From NCBI GenBank assembly GCA_026770705.1, contig JANJGN010000006.1, positions 39,246,001 to 39,310,000 of the forward strand: a DNA stretch of 64,000 bases, given 5' to 3'. The stretch is from Isurus oxyrinchus (taxonomy: Eukaryota). The position numbers were made by a program, and so were the translations under genes. Below, piece after piece: positions 26,146-40,059 of this stretch (its first letter is position 1; each line of letters begins with the position of its first letter). Below the pieces are notes generated by a model. The model worked only from the letters and a program-made list of their open reading frames with translations, was not told the DNA's origin and made no database searches.

Positions 26146-26754
26146 CACTGGCTTTGGAGCCTGCCTGACAATGATGGGATCAAATTACATAAAGCAGAGA
26201 CCAAAGGCATATTAATAGGAAAAGTAAGAGGAGGGATGGGGCCAATTAGTGACTAGAAAGTGAGTTAACACATAGAATTAGACAGCATGGCTGATCTACT
26301 AAATGAGTAATTTGCACCTATCTTGCCAAAGAAGATGCTACTAAAGTCATTGTGAAGGAGGCATTTGAGATACTGGTTTGGTTAAAAATTAACATAAGAA
26401 AGCTGGCTCTAGTTAACGTTGATAAGTTTCCAGGACCAAATAGGATTCAGCTGAGGATGCTGAGGGAAGTGAGGCTGGAAATTGCAGAGGCACTAGTCAA
26501 TTCTCTTTAAATACAGGGAGGGGTGATGCCAAAGGACTGGAGAATTGCAAATGTTACACCCTTGTTGAAAAAAGGTTGTTAAGCTCAACCCATCGATGAC
26601 AGTCAGTTTAACCTTGGTGATGAGAACACTTTTGGACGTTGAACATCGTGGATTAATTAAGAAAAACTAATTGGGATTTATTCAAGACAAGTTCTGTTCA
26701 GCTAACTTCCATGAGGTAACAAAGAAGGTTGATGAGGGCAATGTGGTTGATGTG

Positions 26755-28454
26755 TGTTACGACCAGGTGAGAAGGGGTGAACTGGCTCCCCTCTACTCAA
26801 CCTCCTCAGTTGGCCACAAAGGTTTAAGTTTCCTTTTCACAAGGATATGCCTTTATCAATCAGAATGTATTTGTCAATTTAAGCTGTGAGCAATAAGGAT
26901 CCAATCAAGCAAAGTTTTCTTGAATCTATAAAAGCAAATTTATTAACCACTAAACCCAAGAAAAATAATAAAAACGCAATGCCAAGCGTTTGGCCCTCCT
27001 GCAGTCATTGGGGGCTGCACACACACACATGCACGCACTCAAACATATATACACACAAGAATCAGTAATAAGGAGAATTAGGGCAGGATTTTTCCCCCAT
27101 TGGGGGCGAAGTTGAATGGCAGGTGTGTATAGGCGCGCTTCCGATCGACGCCCCCGATTGGGGGTGCAACACCATTTTAAGTGGGGAGGCCAATTAAAGT
27201 CCACCCTGCGCGACGTCTGCACAGAAGTGCTATGCGCTCCCTGTGTGGGCGGGGTGGGGTGGTGATGAAATCCCAAAATGGAGAGTGTGCTCTTTCGCAC
27301 ATGCGCACAAACGGGTGCACTTATCTCCCTGAGGCTAAATGCTGCCTCAGGGATATCGGCTGTTCCGTGACAAATATTAAAAATAGAAAGAAAAAAATCC
27401 GGACACGTCCCCTCATGTGACACTGTCACATGAGTTGGGATATGTCTATAATTTTTATAAAAACTTTAATAAAATTTTTTAAAACCTACATGAAACCTAA
27501 TCCCACCTGTGGATGAGGTTTCATGCTTTTTCTACTTCCCGCCAGGGCTCCCGGCCTGCCCGCCAATGTTAAGGTTGGACGGGCAAGTCCATTAATTAGC
27601 TAAATGGCTCTGTCAATGGCCTCAATTGGCCATTGACAAGTCAGCGGGCACGCAGCTGATTTTCCTGCGCCCCCACCTACCGGAAAATTGAAATGGGGCG
27701 CGGTGACATCGGAAGATCCGCTCGACATCACTGCGCGTCATTTTACGTCAGCGAGCGGGCCCCGCCCCTCTCCCCCCCCACTCGCTGACAGAAAAATCCT
27801 GCCCTTAGATTCCAATAAAAAAAATTAAAAGAATATATGGTTAAGTGTCCTTTGATTGTCCTTGAGGCATAGATTTTAAATGCTGTGATCGATTCATTTC
27901 AGTTGGTTTCTTGGATGCGGTCAGGTGTAGAAGATGTTGCAATTTTTGGAAGATCTCGGTTCTCTGGGAGGTTCCTGGTAGAGTCGGCTTCTCGAACCAA
28001 GTGGCACACTTATTCCAAAGAAAGAGAGAGGGAGAGAGAGCAGCCTTCAGCCTGTTTCCTCTGCTAAAGACTCTTGACACCACTTGTGACACTTGCAATC
28101 TCCCTTTAGTGGCTGGGCAGCCTTGTCTTGGAATACTCTACCCACTGTGTATTTCCCAGAGGTTTTGGATGTGTCTGTCTGTGGCAGCCATTATTTCAAT
28201 ATCCAGTGCTTTGCATTTTTAATGCCTCTTCCTTATACAGTTACACGTTTCAAAGGGTTTCTGGATTATAGGAAATCTCTCTCTCTCTTCACACTCTCTC
28301 GGGAAGGTGATTTGTTTGTTTCTTACCTTCATCTTGGAATGTGGCCTTGCATTTTAAGCAGTTTCCTCTGTCTTAGTTCAAATTGCAAAATTTCCACTCA
28401 GTTGAAAGTTGGAAATTCATATTTTCAAAAATAACAGGGCATAGCCTCGTGATA
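26755..28454. mobile_element. Solo LTR (Gypsy-like) inserted in the CR1, containing a MITE
   Basis: Ends tgttacga / tcgtgata; 4-bp TSD TGTG at 26751-26754 and 28455-28458. Confidence 0.7.
27081..27804. mobile_element. PIF/Harbinger-like MITE, family A
   Basis: Perfect TIR gggcaggattttt / aaaaatcctgccc and TTA/TTA TSD. Confidence 0.88.
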
Positions 28455-28666
28455 TGTGGTGTACATGGACTTCCAAAGACATTTGATAATGTCCCAAATA
28501 ATAATCTTGCCAGCAAATGTGGAGCCAATGGAGTAAAAGAGACAGTGGCAGCATGGATTTGAAGGTGAAACAGACAGTAGTAGTGAACAGTCATTTTCCA
28601 GACTGGAGGAAGGTATACAGTGGAGTTCCCCAGAGGCCTGTACTTGTTCTATTACTTTTCTTGGTA

Positions 28667-29333
28667 TGCTGTAACCTCTCCAGTCCAATATTGGAAACCC
28701 CAGGTTGTTCAGAATATCTTTGAGCAGGCCCACGCAACTCTCAGACTCAACACTGCAACGCTGGCTCTACTGGCGCTACAACAAATTGTGAAATAGTGAA
28801 TGTGATGGCCTTTTTGGTTATTCTAACGGTCCTGCTTCTACTGAAGATGACAATATCAACCTTAGGCTTCTTCAGTGGGAAGACTGCAGGAGAGAAGGAG
28901 AGAGATAAATGGATGACAAAGGAAGAAATGTTGGCTAATTAGGAATTAAAATTAAAAATCAAAACTTTTTACACTGGTAGCGCGTTGCCACTCTCTCTAG
29001 AAAAGGAAATTGTTCTCAGTTTTTATGGTAGTAAATAATCATTATCCAAATTTTTCCAGACTGGGCCTTTTGGTAGTGCTAATTCAATGTCACTGTCATC
29101 ATTTTAGTATAGCACAATACTTTGGAAATATGGAAGATACTGTATTTGGATAAATAATCCAACTTTTATTCATGCCTTATAATGTTTTGTCACTGTTTTA
29201 TGTCTCAATTACATACTTATTTCCGGTTCACACACTTGTGGTTAGGTATTCTAACACTATTCTATAATCCAGAAAATTCCATAATCTAGAAATGCCTTGG
29301 TCTCAAGCATTCTGGGCTGGAGAGGTTACGGTG
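28667..29333. mobile_element. Tc1/mariner-superfamily non-autonomous element
   Basis: TIRs tgctgtaacctctccagtcc / gggctggagaggttacggtg with a TA TSD; interrupts the CR1 RT. Confidence 0.7.
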
Positions 29334-30509
29334 TATATGGTAATAACCTAGACTTGGGTGTACAGGGTACAATTTCAAAATTTGCAGATGACATAAAACT
29401 TGGGAGTATTGTGAACTGTGAGGAAGGTAGTAATAGACTTCAAGAGAACATAGGCTGGAATGAGCAGACACGTGGCAACAACAGCAATTTATATTCTTCA
29501 GTTAGGTTGTCCTGAGTGGACAAACAGTAGGAAGCGTGTCTTCCATGCTTGAAAGTTGCATGTTGTTAGTTGATTCTTTAGCTGTACCCATGTTTATAGC
29601 TGTACCCATGTTTATAGCTGGGTTCCCTAGACTTTGGTTCTTGACATTCTTGGGGAAGTGAAATGAAGTGTGTCTCCAAACTCTACGCTCCATATTGGTT
29701 AAAGAGGAATTTTACCTGTTTAGATTTCACAGTAGCTTGGGCTGGAGACTCTTAAGAATGGGGATGGGTTTTTCCACTTGTCAACATTCAGATGATCAAA
29801 ATAAAATGATCAGTTCCTTCATGCTGACATCTAGCAATTATATTAATGTACCTTTATAACCCTAAATTATTTGGTATGTCAGTAGCATGGCCATATTTTG
29901 GTTCTCTGTCAAATTCGGATCAAAATGTTGCGGACAAGGATAAAGAGTTGTTATTTTTGGCACCAGTTGCCACATTTTTTTTATTATCATGTTGGAAAGC
30001 CCAAACAGAAAAAGCTATGATGCTATCCACTTGGGTCTGTGTAGCATCATGCATAGACATGAGCTTGCAACTTGGGCATATAGCCATAACTTAGCCACTT
30101 TGCATATTCCACAGCTGCACAAGTGATGTGTTTGCTGCATTTTAACTATTTTGATTAGTTGGTCAGCTGCTTGAGCATTATGAGAAGAGATATTTGTTAA
30201 AGGTAATGGAACATGAGACAGACCTTGGGGGTATTGGGGTTAGCCACTCAAACAGTTTGTCTTTGTAATTAAAATTAGAAAATCAAATAGAAAAAAACTA
30301 ATAAAATTGCCCTTTTTTGATGGAGCATAACTCATAGGAAACTTAAATAGAAACAAAGAGATCTTATCATGTAAATAAAACTATTGTTCACACTATCCAC
30401 AACGTGCTCCATTGTCTGTGGTTCCCACAGTCACAGAAAACCTCAAGCAAACTAGCAGAACAGCATACTCCTTCTCCAGGAGAACAACCCTATTCTGCAA
30501 ATTTTAAAA

Positions 30510-31515
30510 AATTCATTCATAGGATGTGGACATCGCTGGCTAGACCAGCATTTATTGCTCATCCCTAATTGCCATTGGAAAGGTGGTGGTGAGCAGCCTT
30601 CTTGAATTGCTGCAGTCCATGTGCTGTAGGTACACCCACAGTGCTGTTAGGAAGGGAGATCCAGAACTTTGACCCAGCGACAGTGAAGGACCAGTGACAT
30701 ATTTCCAAGTCAGGATGGTGAATGACTTGGAGGGGAACTTCCAGGCGATAGTGTTCCCATGTGTCTGCTGCCCTTGTCCTTCTAGATGGTAGTCATCGTG
30801 GGTTTGAAAGGTTCTGTTTAAGGATGCTTGGTGAGTTCCTGCAGTATATCTTGTACATGGTACACACTGCTGCCACTGTGAGTTGGTGCTGAAGGGAGTG
30901 AATGTTTGTGGATGGAGTGCCAATCAAGCAGGCTGCTTCTTGAGTGTTGTGGGAGCTGCATTCAACCAGGCAAGTGAGAATATTCCATCACACTCCTGAC
31001 TTGTAGATTGTGGACAAGGTTTGGGGAGTCAGGAAGTGAGTTACGTGCCACAGGATTCTGAGCCTCTGACCTGCTCTTGTAGTCACAATATTTATATGGC
31101 TAGTCCAGTTCAGTTTCTGGTCAATGATAACCCCCAGGGTATTGATAGTGGGGGATTCAGTGATGGTAATACCATTGAATGTCAAAGGGCAATGGTTAGA
31201 TTCTTTCTTGTTGGAGATGGTTATTGCCTGGCACTTGTGAGGCAAGAATGTTACTTGCCATAGCCTGGATATTGTGCAGGGCTTGCTGCATTTGGAAATG
31301 GACTGCTTCAGTTCCTGAGGAGTCACGAATGGTGCTGAACATTGTGCAATCATCGGCAAACGTCCCCACTTCTGACCTTATGATGGAAGAAAGGTCATTG
31401 ATGAAGCAGCTGAAGATGGTTGAGCTGAGAACACTGCCCTGAGGAACTCCTGCAGTGATGTCATAGAACTGAGACGATTGACCTCCAATGCCCACAACCA
31501 TCTTCCTTTGTGCTA
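30510..31515 (-). mobile_element. CR1/L2-group LINE 3' fragment (second family)
   Basis: AGVPQGSVLSSTIFSCFINDL...GTFADDCTMF RT motifs with frameshifts. Confidence 0.87.
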
Positions 31516-34500
31516 GGAATAGTATCATAGGATTTGTTACATCCACTTGACATGGCAAACGGGTGCTCATTCAGTATGCAAAGGGTATTGGAAGACAAAT
31601 ATGATTTTAGGCTATATTGCCAGGGCCATTAATATAATACAAATAGTGTTATATAAGGCTTTAATATACCTGCTCCGGGAAAATTGTGTCCACTTTTGGC
31701 CCCTGCACAAGACAAGTGATATCGATGAAAAGTGCAGAGGAAGGTGTGTACCTTAACTAACTTTAGGGATCTTATTTATCAGAGTAAGACTATGATGCAG
31801 AGAATTTGTAAGCCACCTTACTCCAACAATCCTGAAACTAATCGTTACCCTAGCTGAGATCAGCAAATTCAGCATTGATTAAAAGTGAGCCCCAGGACCT
31901 TTTGATCTGTATTGCTTAGTACTACACCTGGTTGCATCTTTATCCATTGATGAATAGAGTAGCTCACATCCATCTTTTCCGTGTTCTTATAATTTCGAGT
32001 TCATGCTGATGTATTTTGCATTAGAAAATATCGCACTATAAAAAAAATACATTGGTGTTGCAAAACCGTGGTTTAGAAGACTGCTGTGGTTCTGACACAT
32101 GGGTCTGCCTTGGGAATGATTCTCCTTAAACATAATTGATTTTTTTTACAATTATGAAACAATTCCACTTGTGCAAAAATAGTGGAAATTTCAAATCAAC
32201 ATTATATAAAGGGCTCCCCACTACACCCTCCCATTTCCCTTTTCATAAAGGAAATGTCAACATTGCATCAGTTTGCTGTTCTCAAACTGTAAAACTGGTG
32301 TACCAATAATCAAGTCCAGGAACAAGAAACCAGCTCCATTCTTGCTGGCTCTCCTGTGTTGTTGCTTCTCTTAAGCATATTGATGCCACTTTTCATACGC
32401 TGAGCTTCCCAGCTATGGAGGCTACTCTTCCTAGTCTTTCCTTGGATTCCTGCTCCAGATTTGGAGGGCCATATATTTTATACACTCCAGAAGGATAGTT
32501 CCTTCCAGCACTTAATAAACAGCTCCTGTTATCGCATGCTACTGAAATCACAAGTGCACCTCTTATTAATAATGGAAATGCTCCGATGTGTATTCTGTTA
32601 TACTTTATGAGGAATATATTGTGCATTTAGTACTGAAGAAAAGGCTAAATAAAATCTATTCAACCTGAGAATGAACTGCAAGCAACCAGCTGACATTTTG
32701 AAATTACTGTTAATAGAGAAAGGCAGGAAGCTAATTTCAGATCAAGCGTACCTGAAGCATTTCTATGTTACCTTGTCAGAAATAATGCTTCTAATGATGG
32801 TGGTATGGTTTGAGATAATAACAAGAGCCTTAAATTAAACTGAACTGGCAGCTGTGTCATTGGTCACTGAGCTTAGGGCAAGGCATTCTGACAGTTTTAG
32901 GAGGGGTTCTCTTCAAGCCAATTCTAAAAAAAAGGTCATGAAAATTAACCATCTAACAACCCCTAGAGTCCAAGACAATTTTTTTTTTTGCTAGCCATCC
33001 TGTTGCTGCCAAAAGTGTGAATTCTAATAGAGGAATAATAGCTCTTGACTGCCAGCCCTTGTCTATTGGAGAATGCATGGAGATTAATTAAATATATGCA
33101 ACCAGATATGCTATTAATCCCATTTCTGCCTTTTATGCTCATTTATTCAGACAATTTATCAAGCTATTTAAAAGCCTTTTCAGTGATAAGGAAGAGTAGA
33201 AGATTTATTTATTTCAGCTTTGATAGCTTCCTCACCAGCTCACGTGATATATGCATTCATTTTATTCAGAAGCAATGATGAAGAGGCGAGAGACAATGTA
33301 CAGGGCACCATCAGGATTGAAGGAGTAGGAGAGAAGACTAGATAAATCAAGTAGTGATTAGGTGAGGCCAAGATTTTGTTTGAAAGGTCTGTAAATTATA
33401 GGAGGAGGGGAAGGTGAATTTAACTGCTAACTGACTGACCTTGAATTCTCAGTTTGGGTGTGCATAAAGTATTTGTGTGAATCATTTTTGTTGAACATTA
33501 ATAAATGATAAAAGTCTGAAATTCAGTGAATTTCACAACTATTGTAGGAAACAATGGTTAGTGCGTATAGTAAGGTCAGTTCTGTTATAATGGGGACCTA
33601 ATTTGATCCACTATTATCTTTTATAACCATTTTGTCCTGCATAGTAATAAAATATACCCACAAAGTTGGTGATATTGTTAATGGTTGATGTTTCTGTTGG
33701 ATGAATGGCTCCATCCTTGGCGCTAGACAAAGTGGGGAGCTGTCACAAACTGAAAGGATGAACGATATGAAGTAAAGTGGTTATAATAATACACAGTGCT
33801 ATGTGTCAGCATCAAATATTCCAGAGAATCAGAAAGTCACCAACATTGTTTGCCAAATCTGGGCCACCTTCACTTGCTCTCTTAAACAGTTTGAAAATGT
33901 TTTCCTTAAATTACAGAAAACCTCAGTTGATCAAAGTAAGATCCTGAACTGATTTGCTGAGGAAGCTCAATGCCATAAAGGTCATTTAGTCACAATGTCA
34001 GCCATACAAGGGGACCATCCATCATCTCAACTCCTTCTAGTGTGACCTTAATGGAATAATGTCGATTATAAGCAACAAAAAGAAAAATGATGGTGATGAT
34101 GGCAGCTGATGATTGTACTGTGTAAACTCAGTTTACTCAAATCACATATGTGACGAATCTCAACATTACCTATGTTATTTCTGCCTCAGGAAGCTTACAT
34201 TTCAAACAGCATTTCTATTTTCAAATGGCAGTGAAAGATTTGGCCCTATTCCCAATGTTCTGCTGTCAGAAAGGAATCTTGAGGCCGATCAGCATTTCTG
34301 TTTTACCTAGTTTATTATGAATAGCCCCAGTGCATAGAGAAGCTTAGATCTCTCAGCTTCAATATGCCTTTTCTCAGTAGCCTATTCATTTAAGGTCTTG
34401 AGTCTGTGGATTGAATGCTGACCATTGCTGAGTTCATTGCACTGAGAGACACAAGGACTTTCAGTACATGGAACTTTGCTGACACTTGCTTCACGTGAAT

Positions 34501-35309
34501 GTAGTCAGAGTAGCCATCTTTTAGTTTAAGCTTCTCTGTGATTCTAGGTTATACTATTAGCTCCTTCAGATACACAGAAGAGAAGAAGGCAAAGCAACGA
34601 AACTGGTGCAGTTGATATTTTAATCACGGCAGCTGCAACAATGGCAGAAAGAACAAAGAGATATAGAAAAATCAGGAAGACTACTACAAACACAATTAAA
34701 GCAGCGGTACCAATTGTATTTTATATCATGCAAACGGTACTGGTTTTTGAAAAATAATATTACAATTGAGTCAATTGACAAACGTGTATTTTTCTTGCCC
34801 CTGCTGTAGAGCAGGGGATCGATTTGGGTTCTGGAGTGATATTGAAGGAAGAGAGTGCATTTCTTTTTGAATTAATCTTCAGATTGATGAGGGCATGACC
34901 TTGTTCCAACTGGCTTTCACTTTGTAATCAACTAACAGACGCTGAATATCAATGCTGTTCACTCATGGATGCAAACCTTGCCCACGTTCACCTGAGTGCC
35001 TAACCAAGACAGAAGGAGGAAAAATTCAGAGCTTAGATTTGAGTTTTCCCTTGGGTGAGCAGTTTCCTGGATCATCTTTTCTGGCCACATTTATTCCGTT
35101 CAGTTGTGTTCAGTGAAGCACCCAGTGCAGATCCCTTTAACTCCATGGCTGGAGCACATGAGGTGCCAAGTTCTGCACTAATGTTTGAAAGGGTGAGGGT
35201 GCACCTTTTGGAAGGCACTCATCTTCATTGTGGCCTGAGATATCTGATGGACCTAAAAAGGCGAGAGGTGATTGGCAGCATTGTGAACCAGGTTGTCACC
35301 TTGAGAAAA

Positions 35310-35722
35310 GAAGGAAGGAAGACTTGCAATTATATGGCACCTTTCATGACCTCAGGACATCCCAAAGTACTTTACAGCCACTGAAGCACTTTTGAAGTGT
35401 TGTCACTGTTGTAATGTAGGAAATGTAGCAGCCAATTTGCACACAACAATCTCGCACAGGCAGCAATTGGATAATGACCAAATAATCTGTTTTTAGTAAT
35501 GTTGATAAATATTGGTTAGGACATTGGGGTTTACTGCACTGCTGTTCTTCAGGAAAGCACACAGGGCCTTGGTTAAACATCTCATCTGAAAGAATGCTGA
35601 CTGTGCAGCTTTTCTTCAGTACAGCACTGGAATGTCAGCCTAGGTTTTTGTGCTGATGCCTCTAGAGTAGGTCCTGAACCCACAGTCAAGAGGTGAAAGT
35701 ACTGCTTATGAGCTACTGCTGA
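35310..35722 (-). mobile_element. tRNA-derived Deu-domain SINE (SacSINE1-like)
   Basis: Reverse complement of the SINE at 38265-38629 plus 39574-39672. Confidence 0.7.
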
Positions 35723-35993
35723 CAGATGAGAGTGTGAGAGTGAATTAAGGAGGGGAAGGAGAATGGCAGTGGGTTAATGTTTGTCTTTTTGGTGTGTTGT
35801 CCTAGAGATGCGTGAGGCAGATTAGCAGATGGCATGAGGAAGGAACAGCAGACTGGACAAAATAGGGAAGCCATTGTTCAAGCAGTAGCAGATCCTGAAT
35901 ATACAGTGCAAGAGGAGGAGGTTTAGTGAAGTGTATTGTTCTAATGGAGAATGCCAATGAGGGAAGGATTGGTCATAGTGGGACTAACATAAG

Positions 35994-36865
35994 GGCCCAG
36001 ATCTTCCAGTCACCGGATGATCATACTTCGGAGGTATCCGGGAGAGCCCTCTGGGGGACCCCTCAGAAGGCCCCACACAAGGACTGCACGGGAATTGCCT
36101 GGGAAGTTTCAACTTCATTGGGCAACTACCCCGTGTCTGGAACCCTCTGAAACTCTGTTTTAAAGTTGGCGACTTCAGATGATTCTGACTCTCTTAGCAG
36201 AGTAGTTACCCAGGAAAAGTTAAAAGAATTAAAACCAGTTCTAACTCAGGATAACTACACTAGACCCCCGCAAGACCCCCCGATTATACCTCGCTAAACC
36301 CCCAACCCTGACTACCCTACAGGCCTGCTGATTCCACCCCCTCTCCCACCTCCGATTACTCTCCTGCCCACCAACTACCCCCGACCACCCAACTACCCCT
36401 CCAACCCCTGGCTACCACCCGACTACCCCTGACTAACCCTCACCCCCTGACTACCACCTGCCCCCCCCCCCCGCCCCCACACTGCTGAACTATCCTCCCC
36501 GAGACCCCCAAACACCCTACTACATCCCACCCCCCGACTACCACCTCCCCATCCCCCAACTATCCCACCACACCCCCAACCACCCGACTCCCCCATCCAT
36601 TTACCTTTCACACCTTCTCTCCTTAACTTGTCGAAGTGGCTGGGACATTTAAACGTACCAATATACAGCAGCTAGTGCCTTAAAAAGGAGGTGTGGCTTT
36701 ACTTCCACTGAAGCCCCTACACTTCACTGAAGTACTCCAGGAACAGCTACACTCCACGTTTCTCAGCAGGCCTGGGTGAGAAATGTGGAGCTCCATTCTA
36801 ACATAAGGAAAAAGGAGCGGAGTGGCAACCGGATGGTGATCGCCAATCCACAGAAGATTCAGCCC
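35994..36865. mobile_element. PIF/Harbinger-like MITE (family C) with an internal C-rich tandem tract
   Basis: TIRs ggcccagatcttc / gaagattcagccc; AAG/AAG TSD; ccgactaccc-like repeats at 36260-36600. Confidence 0.65.
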
Positions 36866-38264
36866 AAGGTAATGCAGTGTTTTGCAGAAAGCAACAGAGG
36901 TGTGAAAAGGAGTCTTACCTTAACATTTCTTGTGAAGGTATTAAATTTCATCCTGCGATTGCTGCCATTACTTAAGAACAATGCTTGTGGCATTAGCTTG
37001 CTCTGGCATCTCTCTCCATTGTAGCTGAGATGTTTGCCTGGTACCATCTGAAATTCTGTGCACACCACCTGCTCCATTTGCATGATATACAAAAATCAGC
37101 CTCAATAACTTCACTGTATGACATAATCTCTTTGTTCTCTTAGTAATACATGCACATAGAAGAAAACAAAACTCTTGTGCAAACTATGTGGCCATCAGTC
37201 CTCAGACAATTATACGGTAATATTTCTTTTGGGGAACATACTTACCTTTTCTCAAAAAGAAAACAGCATAGTTATGTCTGCCCATGGGTGTCTGAGTTAT
37301 TTGAGAGTATAAAAAATGTAAGAAAATGAGTCAATTTGAATAAAGAGAAGGAATGGTGATAAGAAGGATGAAAGATCAGAATAACAGAAAACAAACATTT
37401 GTATAGTATTAGGGTGTTAGGGACTGTAAGGGTTAATGTGGGACTGGGGAAACAGTACCGCCCACGTTATGATGTACAGAATCACTAAGGAGTAGTGGAG
37501 CACAATAGTGAATCTGGTAGAAGTTCGCATGAAGATAGCATTTAGTCAGGAATATGAACATAAACCTCCATTGGGCCTCATTTTCACCATTCTTATCTGG
37601 AATGGCTATAAATAGAACTGTACAGTTAACAGATCAGTGTGTGCCCAAGCAGTGGCTATTTGCAACTGTTGGAAACCCTAGTTTTCTAATTGGGATCCAT
37701 CTTAATGGCTGCTGCCAAGAAAGATGACATTTTGTAGCAATACTCTAATCTAGTGAACATATAAACCCTGCCTTAGAGGCCCAATAGCATGAACAACCAT
37801 GAGGAAAAAGTGCTGTGACTAGTGGATACCTATCCATCAGCAGCAAGCATTTTGGAGGCACCTAAATTCATCCCCGCTACTGATGTCAGTTAACCTGTAA
37901 AAAACAAGTGACGCCATATTCACCGGTACATGCAAGTAAGCAACTCAGTGACAGTAGTAAGCATACTAGGAAGATGCATCAATAAATTAACACACATGCA
38001 GTCCAGGGCAACATGGAAATTAATATGACTATAAACAGAAAATATGAATAAGATAATGCAGAAGTAGAAATATAAACGTTGGAGCCATTTACCGTGCACT
38101 GTTCACCAGCATCATTTGTAGCTGCACTTCAGTTCTTCAAAGGATAACTAACATCAATTGGTAAGGGGGGAGTGAGTGCTGGGGAATGAGTTTAGGTGCC
38201 TCCAAAATGCATACAGCTCTGTCACCTGACATTATGCCTGTTGGCCAAAGTTCATTCAGGTTGT

Positions 38265-39672
38265 GGCATCAGCTGCTGCTCAGTTGGTGGCACTCTTGTC
38301 TCTGAATCACAAGGTTCCAGGCTTGAGTTCCACTTGAGGGTTTGAGTGCAAAAGTCAAGGCTGATACTCCAGTGCAGTACTGAGGGAGTGCTGCACTAGT
38401 GGAGCTACCATCTTTCCAATCAAATGTTAAAACAAGGCCTCATCTGCCTGCATAGGTGGATGTAAAAGAACCCATGGCACTATTTTGAAGAAGAGCAGGG
38501 GAGTTTTTCCTGGAGTCATAGCCAATATTTATCCCTCAATCAACATCACAAAAACAGATTTCCTGGTCATTATCACATTGATGTTTGTGGAAGTTTGCTG
38601 TGTGCAAATTGGTTGCCACATTTCCTACAGTTGGTATTATACAGCAGGTAGTATTTGCCAGGTTGACCAAATCCAAAGGAAAACTTGGCCATGCTATCAC
38701 AATAGTTTTGCAACTTGTATTTATTATGAGAAGATTTGTACACTGAATTCAGAAATAATGAGTCCACGAACACCTTTAGAGATTTTAAAAATTAAGCTAA
38801 AATGTTATTAATAAAAGAAAATAATAAAACACATACACAAGATTACAATTACATGGTTACTTAATATTATAACAATTCCCAAAATTCCTAGTTAACCAGA
38901 CTCCCAACTATACACCCCCTTTAAGGCAACAGTCCAAAAAAGATTTTAAATTTATATTGACAATCCATCAAGGTTCCTACAAGTACCCACTCAACAGTGG
39001 AATTCCAAAGGCTTTTAACAGACCTTTGGTTACTGGAACAGCATTTCTGCAAAGTGGCTAGAGACTTTTCCCCAAGTCTGTTTCACATGCTGTACCTTTC
39101 AGATATTACATGGCCACCCCTCATACAGCCTTCCATTCTTCTTTAAATATATTTTCCCTCATTGATTTGTAAATCCCATTGTTCTCCATGTCTTTGGAAT
39201 TTATTTTTCCCATAAAATAAAAATTATTTATGTTGTCATTATGGCCAGCACTTTTAGGAAAAATCAATGTAGTAACCTGCTTTATTTATCTTGTTAGTTG
39301 TAAAAGTGTCTCTTTGAAAACTAAACACCTCTCCACTTACCTTAAAATGCAAATTCCATTCACACCCTATCTGCTGACTTTATGCTTGTTCACTCATTAG
39401 CATTTCACATGCCCTTTTACACATAACTCTTGATAATTTCACCCTTGAAGTCTATCTGTCTCTAATTTAATTAACTCAGCCACACAGACAGAACCATCCA
39501 CACACAAATAAACACAAGCCTACTTTACAATATCCCCCAATAATATTATGAAAAATATGACAGATTTGTGACACATTACAATGGTGACAATACTTCAAAA
39601 AGTACTTTATTGGCTGTAAAGCTTTGAGACATCTAGGGGGTCATGAAAAGAGCTATATAAATGTACTTTTTT
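38265..39672 (+). mobile_element. Deu-domain SINE (SacSINE1-like) split by a ~940-bp LTR-like insert at ~38630-39573
   Basis: tRNA-like head (gctcagttggtggcact), core cccatggcactattttgaagaagagcaggggag; the tail resumes at 39574 (cattacaatggtgacaatacttcaaaaagtac...gctatataaatg). Confidence 0.7.
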
Positions 39673-40059
39673 TCTCAGTTACAGCCTCTAGACACATGCA
39701 ACAGAGCAGTCAAATGGCCATAGTAGTGCTGTTCACTAGCATCAGACCCTGTCCAGGCGGATTCAATTCTGTCTGCAAAAACAGGGACTATAGCAAGGGA
39801 GAATTTTGGCATTGATCAAATGGCATAGTAAGATGCTGCCACTTTTAAACAAAGAGGACTCAAGTCAGGAACAAAGCAGGCCCTAATTTTTGGTCTCTCA
39901 TCTAGGGAAACAGCTAGATCAGGCCAAGTGACATCATACCCATGAATACACGGAAGTAAACTACTCAGAGGCAGTGGTAAGCATACTAGGATAAAATAGC
40001 ACATACATAGTCCAGGGCAACATGGACACATAAACTTGAGTATTGCTGAAAAAACAGGC

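Larger units (their letters stand above)
26170..29470 (+). mobile_element. Decayed CR1 ORF2 fragment split by nested insertions
   Basis: RT motifs rejoin across the inserts: VDEGNVVDV|VYMDF (26754 to 28459) and LLFLV|..NNLDLGVQGTISKFADD (28666 to 29334). Confidence 0.8.
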
